Shown piece after piece: positions 12,083 to 21,860 of a DNA stretch of 64,000 nt (within the stretch, counting starts at the first letter, position 1; every line of letters begins with the position of its first letter). This DNA is from Coniocarpon cinnabarinum. Taxonomy: Eukaryota. Under the pieces are notes generated by a model. The model saw only the letters and a list, made by a program, of their open reading frames with translations. It was not told the DNA's origin and searched no databases. The DNA is taken from the NCBI GenBank assembly GCA_051942205.1, contig JAVECO010000043.1:62001-126000 (forward strand). The letters are read 5' to 3'. A program made the translations under genes and the position numbers.

Positions 12083-13071
12083 GATCCCGCTTCAAGGGAG
12101 TGAAGTCTGTGGAAGAGATAGTGCCACCTCGCAAGACTATTGTATCAAAAGCTTTCCGAGGTTTCTCAAGAGATAGCTTCGTTCGTTCATCCCGGAAAAG
12201 TGAAATGGGAACACACCGGAAGACGCGCATGGTTAACCAACATTAGCAGGATATTCTGACTGAAATTGTTGGTGGCATGTATACGTATGTCGTGTCTTGA
12301 TCCTTATTCTACTCAAAACCTCGTGTCTGATCCGGGTCTTTCCGCATGCTATGGTACTTCTCAGTCGTCGAGATCCATCATCGCCGATGTTGTTCGAGAG
12401 GCGTTTAACCTGGCAAGACCAATTGTTTCTGTGTTCCCGTCGTCCAGATTCCCTGCGCGACCTACAGACAGCGTTTTTCGTGAAGCACCAATGGCCCCGC
12501 CGATGAAATGGCCATGATGCATCGAATCACTCGATCGGGATTTGACTTTGTGACGGTCGGAAGTGCTGCTTAACGCTTATTGATAGTTGCAGATTGGACA
12601 TTTCTATAGAGTGTGGGATTTTTGGAATTGAAGCGATGCATACACTGCCGGTATGTCGCTGCCTCTATTGCCGCTGCCAAACGGCAAGGTTCAAATAGTA
12701 CCTAGACCAAAAGTCTGTACCGATTGTTTTGACTTCTCTGTCGTCATCCCTGATCAACCTCTGTTCTTTTGTACCACCAGACATGGCAAAGAGCAATATC
12801 TTTAATTTGCGCGATGGGAGAGGAACGCCAGTAGCACTATTTACACTGCTAATCACAGCTCACCACCATGGATTGCGAATAACTACTGCACCCCGATTCT
12901 GAGAGAAAACATTTAGATTCTCGACGTCATTTCGGGATGTTCGATTGTTTCTTTGCCTCAGATTGCTGAGAAGCAACTAGTCAATTCAAAGTGGTCTGGT
13001 ACCCGCCTATAGAGTTCTGTAATGCAAGATTGAACGTCTGCCATGGCCACGTGAAAAATTTGGGTATAACC

Positions 13072-13349
13072 CAGTGTGGTCAATAGCTCGGTTATTAGTA
13101 GTTCGATTATGGTTAACCGTTAGGATATCGGTTTAGTTCTTACTTTTATTAGTTTAGTTATAGCGCTACTAAACTAAAATTAAACTATAACCTAACTATT
13201 AACTACGTTATAGAATAGTTAATAGTTTAGTTATTAGTAATTTAGTTATAGTTAACGATTAGGATATTAGTTTAGTTATTACTTATATTAGTTTAGTTAT
13301 AGCGCTACTAAACCGAAACCAAACAATAACCTAACCATTGACCATACTG
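13072..13349. mobile_element. hAT-like MITE, tandem dimer of a 139-bp unit, RIP-mutated
   Basis: TIRs CAGTGTGGTCAAT...ATTGACCATACTG. 8-bp flanks GTATAACC (13064-71) and GTATGACC (13350-57). Internal 139-bp periodicity (agtttagttatagcgctactaaac at 13151 and 13290). Very TpA-rich. Confidence 0.8.
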
Positions 13350-13713
13350 GTATGACCAAGTCTTCATATCGCAGCAACATTCTATAGAGCGTCAGAAACT
13401 GTTCGACTTTAGAGCGCTCAATCGTTCGAAAAAACGACCAAAAGGACGCACGCAACACTGACATCCGCAGAGATCGTGGCTGTTCTACATATCGTTACGT
13501 CGCTAGAGTTGCAGATATTGTAACTTATTCGCCTCCACCTCATTGGCGACTGATTTTGAGATGGGTCCTACTGTTTTCAGTATTGCTATCATTACCGGTG
13601 AAGACCTTATTGGTACCGACTATTGAGCATCACAGGTCTGCCATAACCGCTTATTGCAGCTGGTCGTTGCAACAAACCACTATCTGATGCTCCACTAATG
13701 ACGCTGTTGATAG

Positions 13714-15184
13714 TTAAGCATCGCCCACCCCGGACGCAGCTGGATGAGCCAAACGGATGTGCTCCTCGGAAGTGAAACCAGATCCTTCCTGCTGGCGCCG
13801 CTTACTCCAGAGCTGTTTGCAAAATGTGCGAAGCTCATGAGAGTCATTTCGGTCCTTGCCTTTGCGATCTAAGACCGTGTCATCCACACCGGCAGAAGGT
13901 GCAGGGGAGCGATTGCTTTTTTTAAGACTTTGCAGAATGTGCCGCAGCGTCGGTGCATGGTGCTGCAGGACTTTTGGATTGGCGGGCATGCATGCGATGG
14001 CGGCCCCGGCGCTCAGCTCAACGGGCCTGCGACGAAGCTATGGTGAGCTGATGACGTATTCTGTATCGCATGTACTCACATCATGGGCTGTGCGACAGCA
14101 GACCAGTAGAGCGTGTCGCTTGTGGATGTCAGTTCATGGCGGAAGTAGATATTGAGTAGAGATCCCACGCAAGCGCTGGAAGTATCTTAGCTTGTCGCGA
14201 CATTGAGCCACTCTCGGGCAGCAATTTTGCGTTCGACTTACAGTACGCCTGTAAGAAACACCAAAATGAGGCCCAACTTCTTCCTGCCTCGAAGCTGCAG
14301 CTTCAGAACAGACCTGATGGGGAGTATCAAGAGGAAGATGTCTATGGCCAGACCTACGGCCGAGATGGGCACATAAAGGATCTCTGCCTTTTGCTCCCAA
14401 GGAGTTAGCAGATACGTGAATGGTGTATATCCATCTTTAGGCGTAGCGTAATAGAACTGAACGATGGTTACGGCTCCATAGAACGCTGCTGTGATAGGTG
14501 CACCGACATATACACAAATTCGGAGCCAGCGGAACGGCCAAAAGATCTGCAAGTATAGTAAAAAGAGTGAGAGTTTCGCGAAGCCAAGTGCCGGCGTGCT
14601 GATCACGGATACAAAGTAGTTGCCCTGGTTAATCCTTAGTGGCGGACTCGTATGGATGCAGCGCATGACTGACCCAGATCCAGGTTTCGTGAGAAGCTGT
14701 TTCCAGGCTGACGTTCCATTGATGTATTCCGACTGGGCCGTCTCTGATACCTGCTCCTAGTCAATCGAAAGCTTGATACGTCATGAACGACTGCGCACTG
14801 ATCATATATGCCAGGTATAGCCAGATGGCACCTATCTTGACCTTCGTAAGCAACAAAGGTGATACACAAGGGGAATGGTGTCCGAGCTTACCAAACTCAG
14901 GGTACAGGTCACTTTCACCAACTTAGCATGGCCGCGGTCGAGCTTCCTATACAGCAAACGCGCTTACAGTCGTCCCAAGTGAACTTCTTCTGGATACCAC
15001 ATTTGGCGTATGCTCTTCCCGCATAAAAAACAAGGAGTATGGCGAAGAAGACAGAAGCTGCTGCTAAGCAAGAGGGACCGATGTTGCCAGGATTGTCAAA
15101 TTTTGGCATAGCACCTTTTGGAGGCGTCAAGGCTGGCACCTGGCTCCATTGGCTTTTAGGAATGTTTGCTAGGAGTGAAGACAC
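13714..15184 (-). CDS. PTH11-like (fungal rhodopsin domain) integral membrane protein, ~7 exons; start codon uncertain
   Basis: Spliced segments PALTPPKG.MPKFDNP, FTWDDLTCTLSL, GIHQWNV, AKLSLFLLYLQIF, DIFLLILPI..V.KLQL...KKLGLILVFLTG and VELSAGAAIACMP, separated by canonical introns. Confidence 0.85.
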
Positions 15185-15970
15185 GACAAGACTGCAAGCA
15201 CATGGGACGCTCCAATGCTCACAAGAGGGCCGAGTCCCTTAGCTGAGACCGATTGCCACAAGAAAAGCCGACCTCAGTTTGATGTGTGACAGAGGGGCAT
15301 TTAGGACATCTCTGCCGTGAGAGGGGGGCAAGGAGTACTGTCCTGTATAGGCTGCAAATATATCATTGCTCGGCCCATAGCGACCGCAAACTCGATCGCG
15401 ATGCGGACATCCAGAGATGTTTGGCGAGGCGTAGCAAACCAAATTGCGGCGTCTTTGTGCTGTGAATCAGCTTACAGATGCAGGTGCCTTGTGCGCGTGC
15501 AGGCGTCCCTGGTGTGAAATCAGCCTTGCAGCTCTTCCTGAAAAGTTCTCTTGGTTAGCACATAATTTGATATCAACACGGCTCAGCTGCAGGCATAGCG
15601 TGCGAGAAGCTGCGCGAATTCTCCATATGACGTGGAGGGCGAAAAGGCAACAGAATCATGCTGTACGTGGAGAAGCCGATGGGGGGGAGCCACGAGACGT
15701 AGCCGCACAGGTCATTTGAACCCGTTAAGCGCTGCCCTCACGGCCTCAGGACTGAGTTCTCATGATGCTTCAAATCGCCGGCATCACTTGATGGTGCAAC
15801 AGTGAAAAGGGGGTGGGAGATGCAAGCGCGTTCCATGTCACGTGGGTCACTGCGCTGAGCAAAACGAACGTGCGGCAATTGCGGGATTTTTAGTCTGCCT
15901 GTCTACCTGTTGGACGGGACAGTATAGAGTACCGACTGAATGGAACGAGGAGACGACATACCTTGTGCCT

Positions 15971-16568
15971 GGCATATTACTTTCGTGTACATCCGAAAAT
16001 TGGTAATTACTAATATATACATCGATATTATTAGAATAACTGTAATATACAGATATATACATACCTATTATAATAGTAAATTTAAAGATATTAATATAAC
16101 TATTATATATATTTAGTTATATACAGTTACGCGCTATTTCTATATTCTTAATTATAAGGTATTAGTACGCGCTTAAGGTATTCTAGATATATATTAGTTG
16201 TACGCGCTTATATAATATAATAAGATCTATATATATAAATTATAATATTCTTTTTTTACGTAAATATACTAAGATATAGTATTATATTACTTATTACTAG
16301 TCTTTACTATATACTTTAGGTTATATATTATAATATAGATATTACGTGTATAGATATTATATATAAGCCGTATAGCTACCTATTATACCTTAACTCTTAA
16401 ACAAAAATACTTCTATATAAGTAGATATACATAATAGTTATATCGATACTTTAAGAATTTTACTACTATAATTAGTATATACATATCTGTATATTACAGT
16501 TATTTCAATAATATCGATGTATATGACAGTAATTTCCAACATTTTTATGTACACGAAAGTAATATGCC
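15971..16568. mobile_element. Non-autonomous DNA transposon relic with long (~115 bp) imperfect TIRs, heavily RIP-mutated
   Basis: Left end GGCATATTACTTTCGTGTACAT...catcgatattatt..aataactgtaatatacagatat is the reverse complement of the right end (...ATGTACACGAAAGTAATATGCC). The interior is extremely AT/TpA-rich. No TSD is visible. Confidence 0.8.
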
Positions 16569-17045
16569 GAGTGGCGACCCTTTCTAAACACCAGCTGTCT
16601 ACAATCTCGCCTGTATTCTCCTAGGCGCAGGCGCAATCTGCGAGCCGCAAGCTACTCGTTGGGGTCTTATTCGATACCAGTGCTGGATAAACACCTGCCA
16701 CATCCTGCGGGTCGCGAAATGTTTCGCTAATGTCCTCCCGCTGTCAATATCACTGTCGCGTTTGATCACGTGCTTCCCGAATGCACGTAAGAACTCCAAG
16801 TGTCTTTCGACACTCATCATGGGATGAGGTAGCACAACCGAACACTGTGTTCGCGCTTAATTACGACTTCGAGTGGCAAACATGTGAGATCATGCTACCC
16901 TGGCACATCGAGTGTGTTCATATTCTCAGTCCACTACAAAAGGCACACAACTCGCTATGTGTCTAAATCGATCTTCAAAATTGTGCCGTTTCCTTGCCGT
17001 TCCCTTCGAACTTGTTGGTTTGCATCTGTTCCCCCAAATTTGACA

Positions 17046-17490
17046 ATGCTCCATCTCTTAGTAGGAGTGGAAAGTGATCATTCATTTGAAAAAGCCGTCT
17101 ATTTCAAAGACCCCAATAATGGACAATCCTATACCTACAATATCAAATTTAGTACCCGTTCCTATATTTTGAACAGTGGACCATTGTCTAAAATTCAAGA
17201 TACAAAAGGCAAAGAAGAGTGGCTTATTGACAAATTTGTGAATGATGTACAATGGGCCTACAAAGCTGGCACTGTATTCAAAGAGGGGTTTCCACCAAGC
17301 CAAACGACTTTTCGAGTCCACATTCAGTAAGTAACAATATGCCTTTGCCTGTTGGATACCGCTCACATTGAATCAAAGCAATCCAGATCTTCGCAAAAAG
17401 GATTCCAGAGGACGCGTGTATCACTTCGACGTTTTCAACGAGTCTGGACACAAGGTGATAGTGAGGTTTGCGTTTGGGTATGAAGCGTGA
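17046..17490 (+). CDS. Small paralog B; join(17046..17326,17379..17490), 130 aa
   Basis: ACAATG start. ...DHSFEKAVYFKDP...WAYKAGTVFKEGFPPSQTTFRVHI-H-NPDLRKKDSRGRVYHFDVFNESGHKVIVRFAFGYEA. 52-nt intron GTAAGT..GCTCAC..AAG; the acceptor was chosen by homology of exon 2. Confidence 0.8.
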
Positions 17491-18310
17491 TGGGTGAAGC
17501 ATCACTGTTGAATAGCAACATTATCATACAATCGAATGCTGCATCCAACACTTTTTTATGTACCTCTGCAAGGCAGCTTCGCGCCTTCGCTGCAGTCGTA
17601 GATATTTCCAAAAACCCAGTTGAAAACATGCGACTAACAACTTGTAGCGGTCTACGGAAAGAAGACCTTCGCCACGAATATCACACCTGCCCTCTTCCTT
17701 GGCAGTACCCAACTTCGATGACCTGATGGCCTTGTAAGTCAAAAACATGGTGTCTACAACCTTCCTAGCTTCCGCCTCGCGGATACACCCGCGTCTTGAC
17801 ACGTATCGTCACCGCTACATTAGGCACAATCCGCGATACCATTACTTCGACCCCTTCTGAACGCCATCAATAGACACCAGCTGTCTTCTCGCCTTGGGTC
17901 TACTAGAGGCAGGCGCAATCTGCGAGCTACTTCATCGAATGTTATAGCCTGCGGATCGCGATCATATGTCGCCTCGCTATCAGTGTCGCTGTCGCGTTCG
18001 TTCATGGGCGTGTGACGTACTCGCATAAGTGGCCAGCTGGCCTCCAACATTCATTTCGGAATGCGGCAATGCGTCCTGTAGATGCCACGTCTATAACGGC
18101 TCTCGAATCGATAACACGTGCATATGGATGGAGGATCAGGCAACTCTGGCAAGTCGAGTGGCTTTGATTTCAGTCGCCTACAGATCCTGCGTGTTTCACC
18201 TAACGTTCTCACGCAACTTTGCAATCAAGTCGCTTTTCATAAAGAGTGCCGCATTTCGACATATACTTTTCCAGCTTACCGCTTCGTGATCCATCTATCT
18301 AAACTCCACA

Positions 18311-18740
18311 ATGGGAGTCCTCAACCATGAGTTTGACAAAAAGGTCAGTATCGAAGATCCCAAGACGAATCAGTCTTCTACCTACACCTTCAAGTTCGAG
18401 CTCGCTCGTTATTACATGGACAGTGCGCCAATTTCTACGGGCCGAAACAGCACCTCGGAACGAGAAAATTGGCTCAAAGAAATCTGCGAAGCGCAGATTG
18501 CTTCTGAATACGCAAAGGGCACGATTTTCCAGGGGGGTCTGCCTCAAGACAAGGCGGTTATCCGAGTTAAAGTGGGGTAAGTCACAATGTGATATGGCGT
18601 CTCTGAGGATGCTTATATTTTGTTACAGTGAACCGGGATTTTACATGATTAATCCTACTTATCACAAGCTGTGTTTTCACCTTTATGAGGAGTCGCAGAA
18701 GCAGTTTATAGCGACGGTTGAGTATACGACAAGAGCCTGA
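18311..18740 (+). CDS. Small paralog C; join(18311..18576,18629..18740), 125 aa
   Basis: ACAATG start. MGVLNHEFDKKVSIEDP...EYAKGTIFQGGLPQDKAVIRVKV-G-EPGFYMINPTYHKLCFHLYEESQKQFIATVEYTTRA. 52-nt intron GTAAGT..GCTTAT..CAG. Confidence 0.85.
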
Positions 18741-18928
18741 GTGAGCGACATGTCGCTTCCTTGTAATACAGATTTAAATTGCATCAAATGCGTTCTGATG
18801 TACTCCTCAAGGCAGCTTCGCCCTTTACTACAAACGTAGATATTTCCGTGATTCAAGTTCCAAAAGCAATTATAAACACACAGCGCTACTCCACGCTTTG
18901 CCTCTCTGCGCAGCCAACGAATGCGTGT

Positions 18929-19180
18929 GGATCGTGCAACTGTAGCATATTAAGCGATCCCGTGATGTCAGGGGATCCTGCAACTCTGGCGTATTGCGTG
19001 GACCCGTGGTCGCAGTGAAGCAGGCCATTCTGGCATATTAAGCGACCCCGTGATATCAGAGGATCATGCAACTGTGGCAAATCGAGTGGACACGGGATCT
19101 TCGTGCATCATGAAACCCTGGCAAGTTGAATTCAGAGGGTTATGCACTTCTGGCATGTTGGGTAGGCCCGTGATCCTGGT
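18929..19180 (+). repeat. Degenerate 44-bp tandem repeat (~6 units) immediately upstream of the TATA of paralog D
   Basis: Units start at 18929, 18973, 19017, 19061, 19105 (truncated) and 19137. TATAAA lies at 19194. Confidence 0.9.
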
Positions 19181-19329
19181 TGAGTTCGGTGAATATAAAG
19201 TGGGCATGTCTTGCCTTGCATCTGCAGACAACTCTGCCGTTAAACCGGACTTGGAAGACAGGACTGCATCTTGCTATATACTCTTCCCTGCTCATTGCTT
19301 TGCATCTAAGCTATCCGCATTTTATTACA

Positions 19330-19787
19330 ATGGGCAGTCTAATGAGATGTCTAGTGGACTGTTTCTGCACCTGCTTCGGCTTCGACCACGGATTCAGAGG
19401 AAACCTTCAAGTCGAGGATCATAACTGCCCCGTGCATTTCAGGGTCGGCGTGAGGACTTTGCTGTCGAAACCAGCAAAGGATCTCGGCGATGGACATAAG
19501 CAGATAAAGACGAAGCTCGCAGCCCGCTTCTCGGAGGAGTTCCAAAAGGCTTATAAGAAGGGTATTATTTTCAAAGAGGGGCTCCCTGCGAGCGAAGAAA
19601 CTTTGCGTGTCAAGATTCGGTAAGTGATTAATACGTCTGTGCCCCGTTCAGTCTGCTTATATGTTGCCAAAGTGCTTTTAAGCCTCGTGCTGGCGGTCGA
19701 GAAAGCAATCTGCTTGAGTATCGCATCAATTACGGGCCTCAGGAAAAGTTCGTCTGGTTCAACGAACAGGGTCAAGGGGGAGGATAA
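19330..19787 (+). CDS. Small paralog D; join(19330..19619,19673..19787), 134 aa
   Basis: ACAATG start. MGSLMRCLVDCFCTCFGFDHGFRG...AYKKGIIFKEGLPASEETLRVKI-R-AFKPRAGGRESNLLEYRINYGPQEKFVWFNEQGQGGG. 53-nt intron GTAAGT..GCTTAT..AAG. Confidence 0.8.
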
Positions 19788-20149
19788 CCGTAAAAGAGGT
19801 GCTGCTATCTAGCAATATCAATCCATCGAAAACTTTTCCAGGTCTACCCCCAAAGACAACTTCAATTGATCACGCCGAAAAGAATAGCACTGAATACCAC
19901 CTAAAGACGGTTGACGTATACCAACATTTGAAAGGCATTAGGCGAACACCAGTTGTATCTTGAGTCTCTTCATGCTCAAACATTCGTGCCGCTATGAGCG
20001 TCTACGTTTAAGCCCAGTAGACCCTGCCATCTACTAGACGGTATATCAAGGTGCTAAATAAAAAGGGCAGCGTCAAAAGCGTCTTAATTAGTCCAATAGC
20101 ATGTAGATTAGCGGTTAGTTCGTACCAGTCGATAGATCGTGATGATTAG

Positions 20150-20362
20150 CACACTTTGTGCAATAGCAAATTGAGCGGGCCCGTGATCTGGATAGGTCAT
20201 GCAACTCTGGTAAGTCGAGAGGACCCGTGATCTTGATGGACTATGCTACTCTGGCATTTTGACTGGGCCCGTGAACATCATAAGACGTCATAACATGCAA
20301 CGCTGGCATATTGAGTAGGCCTGTGATCTTAGTGAAACATCATAAGATGCAACTCTGTCAAG
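20150..20362 (+). repeat. Same 44-bp repeat (~4-5 degenerate units) upstream of paralog E
   Basis: Clear units at 20194 and 20238, with further units near 20150, 20290 and 20343 (partial). Followed by CATAAAAT. Confidence 0.85.
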
Positions 20363-20507
20363 CATAAAATTCGCGTGTCCCTCCCATCGTCTTTAGGCGT
20401 CTTTACAGTTACGGCCGCTTTTATTTTGTTTTTTTAGAACAGTACCGCATCTTGCCACATACCCTCTTCTGCTCGCTGCTTCACATTTTATCCATACCAA
20501 ATTTACA

Positions 20508-21029
20508 ATGGCTGATCGCGAACTGGACCCCAAGTCTCCTTGGTGGTCCTTTGCCATCCATCGCTTTGAAAAGAAAATCCAGTTCGAGGTCGATGGTCAT
20601 CAGGATCCCTATACCTATCACATGGATTTTAGAGTTGGTCCTTTTCTTTTGTACCATCCACCAATGTCGAGGCTCACTACCTCACGAGAATCACGAGAAG
20701 AGAAAGAAGATAAAGAAGTGAAAGGAGAGAAAGAGACGTGGATCGCAAACGTCGTTCGCGATGAAATGCTTGTGTTTTACAAAGATGGCGCGCTTTTTGT
20801 TCAAGGCCTTCCCCCAAGCGAATCGACCTTCCAGGTCCATGTGCAGTAAGTCACAACATGCTGTTTCCATTTTAGTTCGCTTACGGATTATGAAAGTAAA
20901 TCACGACTCCACGTTAGCAGTACGTGTGAACACAATGAGCATGACCTCTTCTTCAAAATTTTTGCAACGTACAATCCAGGGGAAACAAGGTTGTTGGCTG
21001 AAACCTTTTTTTCGGACCCGGATCCTTGA
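20508..21029 (+). CDS. Small paralog E; join(20508..20845,20897..21029), 156 aa
   Basis: ACAATG start. ...IHRFEKKIQFE...FYKDGALFVQGLPPSESTFQVHV-H-KSRLHVSSTCEHNEHDLFFKIFATYNPGETRLLAETFFSDPDP. 51-nt intron GTAAGT..GCTTAC..AAG. Confidence 0.8.
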
Positions 21030-21860
21030 GTTGTCGTTTTTGTGTGGCTCTATCGCGTTACTGTGCACGAACAAGGTAGCAATTGACCTTTCAGTAGTAG
21101 AGCAACCGCTTACTGGTTACTAAAGACTATCGGTAGCAAAGTGGCAAATGGGGTATAGCTCTTACATATGAACAACGCAAACACTACCGATATATGACTT
21201 CTCACATCGCCAGTGTTAACTTATACTATAGCAATGCGGGCAATACGTTGTGGAGATAGTCGTGACAAGAGTTTACACCTTTGGTTTGAACATGTCTTCC
21301 ATCATCTTTGTCACAATCTACGACATATAGTCACTGCTTCAAGAAACTAGCTGTCTATCGTTTCATCTCGATCCGATTTACCATCCCGCCAATTTTCAAT
21401 TTCTCTTTACTTGGGACCTTCATCAAGCAACTAGTGACAATCATTGCCTTACATGAGTCCGATATTGATCTCGGTATCCTTTTCAAGTATCACATCTCTG
21501 ACGTTGCGAAATTGAGCGGGATGGTGTCTACCTCAACTTGTTGACATACGACACTTAACACATTTGCGTGGTTCTAGCAGCAGCTTCTGAAAAACTGGTC
21601 TTGACGTCGACGTAGCTACGCCAAATGCAACACACTAAGTCTTTTGCGACCCGTCGCAGAGCCTTTGACGTCGGAGTCGTGAGCGCAAAATCTGTGCTAC
21701 TCGCTGGGCGAAGTAGCATCATGAGGCACAGCCGCACAGGCCACCTGATCATTCGAAGACTTCATGTACTCAATGCAAGTCACAATATCACACGACTTTC
21801 TAGCATTTCCGAATCGTAAGTAAAAACTGACGAGAATTGCCGACACACGGTTGAAGCTTA

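Noticed and set aside
12230..13000. Splice-signal-like fragments and short ORFs downstream of paralog A (possible sixth paralog or pseudogene)
   Set aside because: No family motif or coherent reading frame could be assembled.
18929..19180. 44-bp periodic repeats as a CRISPR array
   Set aside because: Eukaryotic context; the units are contiguous and degenerate along their whole length with no unique spacers; no cas genes.
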